From Acidimicrobiaceae bacterium (lineage in GTDB: Bacteria; Actinomycetota; Acidimicrobiia; Acidimicrobiales; Aldehydirespiratoraceae), in NCBI GenBank assembly GCA_026706815.1, contig JAPOYA010000001.1:36808-100807 (forward strand): a stretch of DNA of 64,000 bases, read 5' to 3'. The notes beneath the pieces were generated by a model, which made no database searches, was not told where the DNA came from, and was given only the letters and a program-made list of their open reading frames with translations. Made by a program: the position numbers and the translations under genes. Of this stretch, positions 9,243-20,613 are shown piece after piece (position 1 is the stretch's first letter; each line of letters begins with the position of its first letter).

Positions 9243-10211
9243 ATGACTGTTGAAATGGTGCCCTACGACGAGTTCTCAATGTTCCACGAGAACGCCTCTG
9301 AGTACGGGTTGCCCTACGACGGCCCGCCGGCTGTGCGGCGGGAGCGAGTTGAGCTGGACGACGGCCGCCACATCAGCGCGCTCATTTGGGGCGAAGGCCC
9401 GCCTGAGCTCGTCTTGTTGCACGGCGGCGCGCAGAATGCCCACACTTGGGACACGGTCGCCTTGGCGCTGGACCGCCCGCTTGTTTGCCTTGACCTGCCC
9501 GGTCATGGACATTCGGGTCCTGCCAAAGCAGGCAGTGCTGACGTGCTCGGCAACGCCGCCGATGTCGCGGCGGCTGTGCGGGCTCTCGGGGCGCAAGCCA
9601 GTGCCGTGGTCGGCATGTCGCTGGGGGGCATGACCTTGTTGGCCTTGGCCGCCCACGCGCCCGAGTTGGTGCGCAATGCCGTGCTGGTCGATGTGACGCC
9701 GGGCGTGGATGAGAAGAAGAGCAGCAACATTGCGGCGTTCATCAACGGACCGGAGAGCTTCGACAGCTTTGACGACCTGCTGGCCCGGACCATCGAGTTC
9801 AACCCGACCCGGACAGTGGAGTCGTTGCGCCGCGGCATCCTCCACAACGCCGAGCAGCGACCCGACGGTTCGTGGGTGTGGCGTTATGCGCGTTTTCGCG
9901 TGAGCGAAACAAGGGGCGACGGTCGCGTGAGCGAAACAAGGGGCGACGGTCGGGCCGGCGAAACAAGCGGCGCCGACGGTTTCCCACGATTCGGAGGCCT
10001 TTGGGACGCCGTGTCGGATTTGACGGTTCCGTTGATGCTTGTCCGTGGAATGCGTGAACAGTCTGTTGTGGACGACGCGGATGAGGCTGAGCTGATTCGC
10101 CGCTGCCCATCCGCCCGTGTCGAACATGTGGAGAACGCCGGGCACAGCGTTCAGGGCGACACGCCAGTAGAGCTGGCCGCGTTGATCGAGGACTTCGTAT
10201 TCGAAAGCTGA
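9243..10211 (+). CDS. Alpha/beta-fold hydrolase
   Basis: LLHGG, DLPGHG, GMSLGG nucleophile elbow, AGHSVQ. Confidence 0.9.
   Translation: MTVEMVPYDEFSMFHENASEYGLPYDGPPAVRRERVELDDGRHISALIWGEGPPELVLLHGGAQNAHTWDTVALALDRPLVCLDLPGHGHSGPAKAGSADVLGNAADVAAAVRALGAQASAVVGMSLGGMTLLALAAHAPELVRNAVLVDVTPGVDEKKSSNIAAFINGPESFDSFDDLLARTIEFNPTRTVESLRRGILHNAEQRPDGSWVWRYARFRVSETRGDGRVSETRGDGRAGETSGADGFPRFGGLWDAVSDLTVPLMLVRGMREQSVVDDADEAELIRRCPSARVEHVENAGHSVQGDTPVELAALIEDFVFES
9896..9980 (+). repeat. 27-bp in-frame tandem repeat (RVSETRGDG x2 plus a degenerate third)
   Basis: TCGCGTGAGCGAAACAAGGGGCGACGG repeated. Confidence 0.85.
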
Positions 10212-10276
10212 GCCGAGGCGGCTGAACCGACGGAGTCTGTTCAGGGCTCTCTGCCTGTTCAGAACACTCTGCTTGT

Positions 10277-11500
10277 TCAGGACACTCCGCGGGTCACGAG
10301 CATTGTGCCGGCGATCGGGCCGCCGCCGTTGGCGACCACGGCGACTTCGGGTTCGCCTGACACCTGGCGCTCGCCGCCCTGGCCGCGCAACTGAACACAG
10401 GCTTCGTGCAGCAGCCCGAAACCGTGCAGTCTGCCGGCGGAGAGCTGGCCGCCGGCGGTGTTCAGCGGGAGTTCGCCGTCCAGAGAGATCCGGTGCCCGC
10501 CTTCGAGGTAGTTCTTCGCTTCGCCGATGGCGCAGAACCCCAGGGCTTCGATGGCCATGAGCGTGATGATGCTGAACCCGTCGTACAGCTGGGCGGTGTC
10601 GACGTCGGCGCGGGTCAACTCGGTGCGCGCCCACATGGCGTCGGCTGCTGCGCGCAGCGGGGACTCCTCCATGTCGGGACGTTGATCCCACGACGGACGC
10701 CCGTGCAGCGCGGTGCCGACTGCGTTGATCCCGACCGCTGTGTTGGGCACGTCGGGCGCGTAGTCGCGGTGCGACACGATGAACGCGGTCGATCCGTCGA
10801 CTGGAACGTCGCAGTCGAACAGGCACAACGGTGTGCTGATCATGCGGGCAGCGAGGTAGTCGTCCATGGACATCGGGTCGCGGAAGATCGCCTTGGGGTT
10901 GAGTCCGGCGTTGCGCCGGTTGTTGACCGCGATCTCGCCCAGCGTCTCTCGGGTCGTGCCGTAGGTGTGGAAATGGCGCTGCGCGTTCATCGCCAGCCAG
11001 TTGGCGGCTGAGACGGCCCCGAAGGGGAGCAGATACTGGAGGCTCCCGGCCATTCGAGCCCTGCCGCCCCCGGCGCCGCCCATGCCTTGCCGCCCTCCAG
11101 AGCCTTGAGCGGTGGACTCCCACACGGTTCGGTAGACCAGCACGTGTCGGGCCAAGCCTGTCGTCACAGCCATAGCGGCATTGATCACGGCTTGGATCTG
11201 AGCGGGGCCCTCATGCCCGCCGCTGTGCCAGTTCAGGTCGAGGCGCAGAGTGTCCTGCACGGCATCGGTGCCCGGTCCGCCAAAACCCGGGTTGAGTCCG
11301 TCCATGACGCCTCCCGGATAGGTGGAGAGACCGTCGATGTCGTTCAGCGTCAGTCCGGCGTCGGCTGCCGCGGCGAGGCACGCTTCGACGGTGAGGCTCA
11401 TGGCGGTTCGGCCCAGCCGTCGCCCCACTTCGGACTGGCCGATGCCGGAGATGACGGCATCTCGTTCGCTGCGGCGCCGATGCTCGGCGCGCCCGGTCAT
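10277..11500 (-). CDS. Thiolase-like protein (SCP-x/lipid-transfer type)
   Basis: ISGIGQS, PLCLFDCDVPVDG, QLYDGF, LNTAGGQLSAGRLHG. Confidence 0.88.
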   Translation of the reverse strand: MTGRAEHRRRSERDAVISGIGQSEVGRRLGRTAMSLTVEACLAAAADAGLTLNDIDGLSTYPGGVMDGLNPGFGGPGTDAVQDTLRLDLNWHSGGHEGPAQIQAVINAAMAVTTGLARHVLVYRTVWESTAQGSGGRQGMGGAGGGRARMAGSLQYLLPFGAVSAANWLAMNAQRHFHTYGTTRETLGEIAVNNRRNAGLNPKAIFRDPMSMDDYLAARMISTPLCLFDCDVPVDGSTAFIVSHRDYAPDVPNTAVGINAVGTALHGRPSWDQRPDMEESPLRAAADAMWARTELTRADVDTAQLYDGFSIITLMAIEALGFCAIGEAKNYLEGGHRISLDGELPLNTAGGQLSAGRLHGFGLLHEACVQLRGQGGERQVSGEPEVAVVANGGGPIAGTMLVTRGVS

Positions 11501-11916
11501 CGGATCTCCCGGAACTGGGGCAGCCAGACGTCGTCACAGCGGACAAAGAACACTTCGACGGGCATGCCGATTGCAACATCGTCGGGGTCGGTTCCGACGA
11601 GGTTGCTGGTGATGCGCAACGGCTGTGCGGCACTGCCCTCCTCGAGATCGACGAGGACCACGCAATACGGTCCGATGTCGCCGAACCATGGCTGGTGGTT
11701 GACGGTGAACGAGTAGATCGTGCCCCGTCCGCTGACGACGGTCGGCTCCACCGAACTGCTGTGGCAGGAAGAACAGATTCCGGTTGGAGGATGGATCCAG
11801 GCGCCGCAATCGGTGCAGCGTTCGATGCAAAGCCTGCCTTCCTCTCCCGACGTCCAGAATCGCCGGTTCTGACGGTCGACCGTGGGAAGCACCCGCACGG
11901 GAAAAATGTCCTCCAT
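11497..11916 (-). CDS. Zn-ribbon/OB-fold (DUF35) protein
   Basis: RCTDCG..HPP..CSSC, GRGTIYSFTV, IGMPVEVFF. Coupled to the thiolase-like gene. Confidence 0.9.
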   Translation of the reverse strand: MEDIFPVRVLPTVDRQNRRFWTSGEEGRLCIERCTDCGAWIHPPTGICSSCHSSSVEPTVVSGRGTIYSFTVNHQPWFGDIGPYCVVLVDLEEGSAAQPLRITSNLVGTDPDDVAIGMPVEVFFVRCDDVWLPQFREIR

Positions 11917-12074
11917 CACATGGCCCTCCATATGGCCCTCCGCTCTCGGCCCTCAGGCGTCTCACGCACGGGTATGTCCCAGATCATGGCGTCCTGCACG
12001 CAACCGGCCCTGCACGACCGGCCCTGCACGCAACCGGCAACGGGGGATCGGTGGCAGCGCAGCGGGATTGATCG

Positions 12075-13778
<1,704 letters not shown>

Positions 13779-13787
13779 GGCGGCGGC

Positions 13788-16700
13788 TCAGAAGCTGAGA
13801 GCCGTGCGCAGAAGCTCGGCGTGCTCCTGCGCGTGAACCCTGGCGCTTCCACAAGCCGGGCTGCCGGACTCGAAGCGGCTGACCCGTCGGATTGAATGCG
13901 TGTTCTCGTGTGCCTCGTACAGGCGGCCTTTGATGGCGTTCCAGGGACCCATGTTCTCCGGTTCCTCCTGGAGCCACACAAGTTCCGACGCGGCCCCGTA
14001 CTTGGCGAGTTGCGCAGCGATGGCGTCATAGGGCCAAGGGTAGAGCTGCTCGACGCGGACGATCGCCACGGGTGCTCCCATGCGATCTCGCTGGGCCATG
14101 GCGTCGAAGGCGACTTTGCCGCTCGCCAGGATCACGCGCCTCACCGAGGCGGGGTCGGGTTCTGCGGGATCGCCGAGAACTTCCTCGAAGGTTCCCGACA
14201 GGAGATGGGCCACCGGTGATCGTGAAGACCGTGCGCGCAGCAGGGACTTCGGCGTGAACACGATCAGCGGCACCCGCACGTTCAGCAGCGTCTGGCGGCG
14301 CAGCAGATGGAAGAACTGGGCTGCGGTGGTGGCGTTGCAGATCTGCATGTTGTCTTCTGCGGCGAGCAGCAGAAAGCGCTCGACCCGAGCCGAGGAGTGC
14401 TCCGGTCCCTGCCCCTCGAGGCCGTGGGGGAGCAGCATGACCAAGCCGGTTTCCTGTTCCCATTTGTCCTTGGCGGCGACGATGAACTGGTCGATGATGA
14501 TCTGGGCGCCGTTGGCGAAGTCGCCGAACTGGGCCTCCCACATGACCAGTGCTTCGCGGTTGGCGATCGAGTATCCGTACTCGAAGCCCAGGGCCGCGTA
14601 CTCCGACAGCAGTGAGTCGTAGATCCACAGCCGGGTGTCGCCGGTGGCGAGAGTGCGCAGCGGTACATACTCGGCGCTGGTCTCGTAGTCGACCAGCGTC
14701 GAGTGGCGATGGCTGAACGTGCCGCGGCGCGAGTCCTGGCCGGCCAGGCGGATGCTGCTTCCCTCCAGCAGCAGCGAGCCCATCGCCATCGCCTCTGCCA
14801 GAGCCCAGTCGACTTCGCCCGACGCGAACATCTCATCGCGCTTCTCGAACTGCTGGGCGAGCTTGGGGTGGAGCGTGAACCCGTCGGGCATCATCGACAA
14901 CGCCCGATAGATCCGCTGCACGCTCACATGGTCGATGGAGGTGCGTACGTGGGGCAGCACACCGACTGGTTGTGGCGGTGGTGGCGCCATGGCATCCGGA
15001 TCCGAGGCCATGCCGCGGGTCTCGTCGAGAGCTGACTGCAAGCGTGTCTGAAAGTCCGCCAACGCCTCCTCGGCCTGTGTCGGGGTCAGGTCGCCGCGCT
15101 TGGTGAGCGCCTCGGTGAAGTGGGCCCGCACCGAGGGCCGGGCATCGACTCGGCGGTACATCTCGGGCAGGGTGTAGCTGGGGTCGTCGCCTTCGTTGTG
15201 CCCGTGCCGCCGATAGCAGATCATGTCGATCACCACGTCTTTGTTGAACCGTTGGCGGTATGCGAAAGCCAACCGCGCCACGCGCACGCATGCCTCGGGG
15301 TCGTCGCCGTTGACATGGAATATCGGCGCCTGGATCATCTTGGCGACGTCGGTGGAGTACTCAGAGGAGCGGGCGACGTCGGGAGTCGTTGTGAAACCGA
15401 GTTGGTTGTTGATGATCACATGGATCGTGCCGCCGACCCGGTATCCCCGGATCTGCGAGAGGTTGAGGGTTTCGGCCACCACCCCCTGGCCGGCGAAGGC
15501 TGCGTCGCCGTGGATCAACAGCGGCAGCACGGGGAATCTGCCGTAGCCCCTCTCGGGGTCGATGCTGTCCATCCGGGCCCGCGCCATGCCGACGACCACG
15601 GGGTCGACGGCTTCGAGGTGGCTCGGGTTGGCCGCCAGTTCCAGGGGGAGCTCGTTGCCGTTGCGGCTGACGAACGCGCCCTTCTGGCCCAGGTGATATT
15701 TGACGTCGCCGGACCCCTGGGTCATCTGCTCGATGTCACCGCCCTCGAACTCGGTGAAGAGTTCTTTGTAGGTCTTGCCGACTATGTTGACCAGCACGTT
15801 CAGACGACCACGGTGGGCCATCCCCATCACCGCGCCGGCCATGTTGCTGTCGGCGGCCGCACCCAGCACTGCGTCGACCAGCGGGATGGTGCTCTCGGCC
15901 CCTTCGATGCCGAAGCGCTTCTGTCCGACGTATTTGGTGCCGAGGAAGGATTCGAGGGCTTCGGCGGCGTTGAGGCGGCTCAGGATATGGCGTTGCTCGT
16001 CGGCCTCGATGCGGGAGTCCGCTCCTTCTAGCTGCTCCTGCATCCAGCGCTTCTCGACCGGGTCCTGGATGTGCATGTACTCGACGCCGACAGTTCGGCA
16101 GTATGCGTCGCGCAGGACTCCCAGAAGGTCGCCCAAGGCCATCTTGGGGGTGTCGCCGACCATCGCATAGATGCCCGTGTCGGTACCCGTCAGGAACTCG
16201 CGGTCGAGGTCCCAGATGGTGAGACCGTAAGTCGCGGGGTCGAGTTCGGCGTGCATCTTCGGCTCTTTGACCTGGAGCGGGTCCAGATCGGCGATCAGAT
16301 GGCCGCGGACCCGGTACATGTTGATCAATTGGTTGACCTTGGCCTGTTTCTCGAGCAGGGATGCTTCACGATCGACGGGGTTGACGTCTCGCCGCCATTT
16401 GACGGCCTCATAGGGGACTTCCAAGGACTGGAAGACTTTGGCGTAGAAATCGTCGCTGCCGAGCAGCAGGTCGTGGACTTTGCGCAGGAACATGCCCGAC
16501 TCGGCGCCCTGGATGATCCGATGGTCGTAGGTGGAGGAGATTGTGACGACTTTCGAAAGCCCGAGGTCGGCCAGAGTGGCCGGGTCTGCTGCCTCGAATC
16601 CGGTGGGATAGGAGATCGAGCCGACCCCGACGATGAGGCCCTGGCCCGGCATCAGTCTGGGCACGGACTGCATCGTGCCGATGGTCCCCGGATTGGTGAG

Positions 16701-17438
16701 GGTGACGGTTGTGCCGGTGAGGTCGTCGGGGCTGATCTCGTTGTTGCGGACCCGGCGGATGACGTCTTCGTAGCGTGTGGCGAATTCTCGAAAGTCAAGA
16801 GTGTCGGCCTCTTTGATGTTGGCGACCATGAGGGTGCGGGAACCGTCGGATTTGGCGACGTCGACTGCGATGCCGAGTGCCACATGCTTGTTGCGCACCA
16901 GTACGGGCTCGCCTTCGGGACCGTGCTTGAACGAGTTGTTCATCACCGGTAAATCGTCTGCTATCGCTCGTATGACCGCGTATCCGATCAAGTGCGTGAA
17001 CGAGATCTTGTCGGCCATTTTCCGCCCGAGGTAGCCGTTGATTATTTTGCGGTTGACCTCTAGGAGCTTCGCGGGGATCTCACGGAAGCTCGTTGCTGTG
17101 GGAACCTCGAGCGACGCCTCCATGTTGGCCACGATCCGAGCCCCGCCTCCTCTGATGATGTTGCTCTCGTTGCTTTTGCCGGGCGCGGCCGGGGCGGCGT
17201 GGGCTGGGCGCGGGGGCGCGGCCGGCGCAGCCGGGGCCTCGGGAGTCACGTCGCTTGCGGTGGTGTCGACGAGGGCCTTGGCTTGTGCTGCCGGCGCTGT
17301 CCGGGTTCCGTTCTCGTTGTCGAATATGACCTGCCATTCATGATCCACCGAAGAGGGGTCTGCATTCCAGCGCGCCCGCATCTCGTCGATGAGCCAGTCG
17401 TTGGGGCCGTGCGGTGGGGAGGCGTCGGTAGTTGTCAC
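13788..17438 (-). CDS. kgd: Multifunctional 2-oxoglutarate decarboxylase/dehydrogenase (E2-E1 fusion)
   Basis: E2-like YDHRIIQGA followed by E1 motifs GMAHRGRLN, HGDAAFAGQG, WEAQFGDF. Confidence 0.95.
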   Translation of the reverse strand: MTTTDASPPHGPNDWLIDEMRARWNADPSSVDHEWQVIFDNENGTRTAPAAQAKALVDTTASDVTPEAPAAPAAPPRPAHAAPAAPGKSNESNIIRGGGARIVANMEASLEVPTATSFREIPAKLLEVNRKIINGYLGRKMADKISFTHLIGYAVIRAIADDLPVMNNSFKHGPEGEPVLVRNKHVALGIAVDVAKSDGSRTLMVANIKEADTLDFREFATRYEDVIRRVRNNEISPDDLTGTTVTLTNPGTIGTMQSVPRLMPGQGLIVGVGSISYPTGFEAADPATLADLGLSKVVTISSTYDHRIIQGAESGMFLRKVHDLLLGSDDFYAKVFQSLEVPYEAVKWRRDVNPVDREASLLEKQAKVNQLINMYRVRGHLIADLDPLQVKEPKMHAELDPATYGLTIWDLDREFLTGTDTGIYAMVGDTPKMALGDLLGVLRDAYCRTVGVEYMHIQDPVEKRWMQEQLEGADSRIEADEQRHILSRLNAAEALESFLGTKYVGQKRFGIEGAESTIPLVDAVLGAAADSNMAGAVMGMAHRGRLNVLVNIVGKTYKELFTEFEGGDIEQMTQGSGDVKYHLGQKGAFVSRNGNELPLELAANPSHLEAVDPVVVGMARARMDSIDPERGYGRFPVLPLLIHGDAAFAGQGVVAETLNLSQIRGYRVGGTIHVIINNQLGFTTTPDVARSSEYSTDVAKMIQAPIFHVNGDDPEACVRVARLAFAYRQRFNKDVVIDMICYRRHGHNEGDDPSYTLPEMYRRVDARPSVRAHFTEALTKRGDLTPTQAEEALADFQTRLQSALDETRGMASDPDAMAPPPPQPVGVLPHVRTSIDHVSVQRIYRALSMMPDGFTLHPKLAQQFEKRDEMFASGEVDWALAEAMAMGSLLLEGSSIRLAGQDSRRGTFSHRHSTLVDYETSAEYVPLRTLATGDTRLWIYDSLLSEYAALGFEYGYSIANREALVMWEAQFGDFANGAQIIIDQFIVAAKDKWEQETGLVMLLPHGLEGQGPEHSSARVERFLLLAAEDNMQICNATTAAQFFHLLRRQTLLNVRVPLIVFTPKSLLRARSSRSPVAHLLSGTFEEVLGDPAEPDPASVRRVILASGKVAFDAMAQRDRMGAPVAIVRVEQLYPWPYDAIAAQLAKYGAASELVWLQEEPENMGPWNAIKGRLYEAHENTHSIRRVSRFESGSPACGSARVHAQEHAELLRTALSF

Positions 17439-17573
17439 GCCGCCATTGTAGACGAGCGTCTGTCGGCGTATCAGCAAGACGCATCAGCAAGTGCATCAGC
17501 AAGACATTGAGGCAAGACATTGAACGGCCCTGACAATCTCGACACATCGTGTCCGCGCACTAGGATCGCAAGG

Positions 17574-18356
17574 GTGCGGATTGCCACGTGGAACGTGAAC
17601 TCCCTGAAAGCCCGGCTCGGGCGAGTCGAGCGCTGGCTCGAGATGTTCGAGCCGGACGTGCTGTGCCTGCAGGAGACCAAGCTGGCCGACGATGCGTTTC
17701 CGGCAGCGGCCTTCGCAGCACTCGGCTACGAAAGCCTCCATCACGGCGAGGGGCGCTGGAACGGCGTCGCGATCCTCTCGCGATTGGGAATCGAGGATCC
17801 GATCGCTGGATTCGGCGACGGTCGGCAACGAGACGTCGATGCCCGTATCGCCTGGGCGACCTGCGGCGGCGTTCGGATCGCCTCCTGCTATGTGCCCAAC
17901 GGCCGGGCGCTCGACCACGACCACTACCAGTACAAGCTCGCCTGGCTCGACCGGTTGGCAGCCGATCTCGACGGTCAATGCGTCCCCGGCGACGACGTCG
18001 TCGTCTGCGGTGACTTCAATGTCGCCCCCGAAGATCGAGACGTCTATGACCCGGCCGAGTTCACCGCCCAGACCCACACCAGCGAGCCGGAGCGCGCAAG
18101 GATCGCCGCGCTCCAAGAGTGGGGTCTCGTGGATGTTTTCCGCGAGCACCACAGTGATGGTCGTCTCTACTCGTGGTGGGACTACCGCGGCGGCAACTTC
18201 CACAAGAAGAAGGGCATGCGCATCGACCTGTTGATGACCTCGCGCTCTGTGGCCGACACGACGGACGTGGCTTTGATCGACCGGAATGAGCGCAAGGGTC
18301 CCAAAGATGATCCCCCGAGCGACCATGCGCCCGTGCTGATCGACGGGAACCGCTAG
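17574..18356 (+). CDS. xth: Exodeoxyribonuclease III
   Basis: IATWNVNS, LQETK, YVPNG, GDFN, SWWDYR, SDHAP. Confidence 0.95.
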   Translation: MRIATWNVNSLKARLGRVERWLEMFEPDVLCLQETKLADDAFPAAAFAALGYESLHHGEGRWNGVAILSRLGIEDPIAGFGDGRQRDVDARIAWATCGGVRIASCYVPNGRALDHDHYQYKLAWLDRLAADLDGQCVPGDDVVVCGDFNVAPEDRDVYDPAEFTAQTHTSEPERARIAALQEWGLVDVFREHHSDGRLYSWWDYRGGNFHKKKGMRIDLLMTSRSVADTTDVALIDRNERKGPKDDPPSDHAPVLIDGNR

Positions 18357-18360
18357 TGCT

Positions 18361-20487
18361 ATGTTGACTCCACTCGACGAGCATCAACTCCTCGTCTTCT
18401 GGACGCAACTGCTGGTCTTGGTATCGGTCGCTCGCCTGTTCGGCGGTTTCATGCGCCGCATCAACCTCCCGTCGGTTATCGGGCAACTGGCTGCGGGAAT
18501 CATCGTCGGCCCATCGATTTTCGGGCGTGTCTGGCCGGCCGGCTTCGAGTGGTTCCTTCCCGAAGAGGAGATCTCCTCGGGGGCGCTGCTCGCGGTCAGT
18601 TGGCTGGGGGTGGCCCTTCTGCTGGTCACTGCGGGTTTCGAGACAGACCTGGGCTTGATCAGAAGCCTCGGACGCGCGGCCGCTCTGGTAACCGGTTTCA
18701 GCCTGGTGGCGCCTCTGGTCGGTGGTCTGTTGGTCGGCGTCGCGCTGCCGGACTCCTTCTTGGGCGACGAAGCCGACCGAACCGTGTTCGCCCTGTTCGT
18801 GGCGGCGGCACTGGCGGTCTCGGCTCTGGCGGTGATTGCCAAGATTCTGTCCGAGCTCGGTCTGATGCGCCGCGACTTCGGACAGATCACGGTCGCTGCG
18901 GGTATGGCCAACGACGTCATCGGCTGGGTGATGCTGGCGATCTTCGCCAGCTTCGCGGCTTCCGGCGCGGTCTCGGTCCGAGTGGTGCTCGAAACGGTGC
19001 TTGGACTCGCCGCCTTTTTGGCGTTGGCGATGACGGTCGGTCAACGGCTCGTCGACAAGGCGTTGCGCTGGGTACGACGCGACGGCGCCAACATCGCTGG
19101 GGCGATGACCGTGGTGGTGGTCACCATGCTCGTCTACGGAGTCGCCACTCAGGCTCTGGGCATCGAGGCGGTGCTGGGCGCCTTCGTGGCCGGCGTTGTG
19201 CTGCACCGCTCGCGGTTCGGCCAGCCCGAGGTGCTGCATCACATCGAATCGCTCACAACGAGCCTCCTCGCGCCGATCTTCTTCGCCACCGCGGGAATGC
19301 GCGTCGATCTCGGACTCCTCGATTCCGAGGCGCTCATGTGGGTGGGCATCGTGCTTGCGGTGGCGATCGGCGCGAAGTTCGCGGGAGCGTTCGTCGGGGC
19401 TCGCTTGGCCGGCCAGAGCCCGCGGGCCGCGGTGGCACTGGGCGCCGGCCTCAACGCCCGCGGCGCGCTTGAGATTGTGATCGCTTCTGTCGGGCTTTCG
19501 CTCGGCGTGTTCAGCGAGACGGCGTACACAGTGATCGTCATAGTTCCCGTGGTCACCTCGGTGTTCGCGGCGGTGTCGTTGCGCATGGTGGTACGCGGTT
19601 GGAGGGGCTCTGCTGAAGAACGGGAACGCCTCGATCGGGAGAAGGCCCTCAGCCAGAACCTGGTTGTGAGGTCGTCTCGGATCCTGTTGCCGTCTCAAGG
19701 CGGGCCGGCGTCGATAGCGGCGGCGCAACTCGTGCAGTTCGCCTGGCCTACTGAGGCGCCCGCGACGCTGGTTTCTGTGGTCGACGGTGCTGAGCAGCCC
19801 GACGTCTCGGTACTGGAGGCGGTGCTCAACGAACGCGTGGTCGATCACCGGACGGTGAGCGGCAGCAATGCCGCAGCGGAGATCACCGCCGAGTCCCGCT
19901 TGGGCTACGGAGTGATTGCGGTCGGCGTGGCCACGCGCCATGAGGGCCAGTTGTACTCGCCGATGGTCGACGAAATCCTGTTGAACGCGTCAATCCCGGT
20001 CGTCATCGTCCGCAGGGCCCGCGGGCTCGACCGTCCTCTTCCCGCTGCCTTCAGCCGGGTGCTCGTCCCGGTCACGGGCACTCGCTCTTCGAGCGCGGCT
20101 CAGGAGGTGGCGTTCAGCGTCGCTGGACAATTGGGCACCGAGGTGCTCCTCACGCATGTGCTCAACCGCAAGTCCCTCGTTCCGCGTGTGCTGAAACGCC
20201 GCACTTCGGAGTTGCATCCGAGCGAAGTGGTCGCCAAGGAGCTGATGGACATTGCCACGCTCCGGGCCGTCGACGCCGGGGTCTGGCCTCGAACCTTGAT
20301 TCCCAGCACGGCGAATGTGCCGTCGGCACTGGTGGGCGTTGCCGAAGACGAAGACTGCGATCTCGTGGTTCTCGGCGCCCAGTTGCGCAACGTCGACGGT
20401 CGTCCGTTCCTGGGTCCCACGGTGGAGACGGTGCTTGAGCAATCCGATGCCAACGTCGCGGTGGTCGCCCTCCCGCGCCGCGACTAG
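18361..20487 (+). CDS. Cation:proton antiporter (CPA2) with C-terminal universal-stress domains
   Basis: Multi-TM N-terminus (AGFETD, ANDVIGW, LNARGALE), then USP-like RILLP.. and RVLVPVTG..DLVVLG. Confidence 0.88.
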   Translation: MLTPLDEHQLLVFWTQLLVLVSVARLFGGFMRRINLPSVIGQLAAGIIVGPSIFGRVWPAGFEWFLPEEEISSGALLAVSWLGVALLLVTAGFETDLGLIRSLGRAAALVTGFSLVAPLVGGLLVGVALPDSFLGDEADRTVFALFVAAALAVSALAVIAKILSELGLMRRDFGQITVAAGMANDVIGWVMLAIFASFAASGAVSVRVVLETVLGLAAFLALAMTVGQRLVDKALRWVRRDGANIAGAMTVVVVTMLVYGVATQALGIEAVLGAFVAGVVLHRSRFGQPEVLHHIESLTTSLLAPIFFATAGMRVDLGLLDSEALMWVGIVLAVAIGAKFAGAFVGARLAGQSPRAAVALGAGLNARGALEIVIASVGLSLGVFSETAYTVIVIVPVVTSVFAAVSLRMVVRGWRGSAEERERLDREKALSQNLVVRSSRILLPSQGGPASIAAAQLVQFAWPTEAPATLVSVVDGAEQPDVSVLEAVLNERVVDHRTVSGSNAAAEITAESRLGYGVIAVGVATRHEGQLYSPMVDEILLNASIPVVIVRRARGLDRPLPAAFSRVLVPVTGTRSSSAAQEVAFSVAGQLGTEVLLTHVLNRKSLVPRVLKRRTSELHPSEVVAKELMDIATLRAVDAGVWPRTLIPSTANVPSALVGVAEDEDCDLVVLGAQLRNVDGRPFLGPTVETVLEQSDANVAVVALPRRD

Positions 20488-20613
20488 CGCGTTTGTTGTT
20501 GCCGGGCGTGGCCGGAGCCGACTTGTCGGGTGTGACCGGAAAACGGGACGCGGGGGAGAGAGGAGAGAGAACCCCGCGCCCCGCTGCGGCATCCTAGCCG
20601 CGACCTAGCCGGG

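Noticed and set aside
13788-17438. E2-E1 domain fusion in 2-oxoglutarate dehydrogenase
   Set aside because: Standard actinobacterial Kgd/OdhA architecture.
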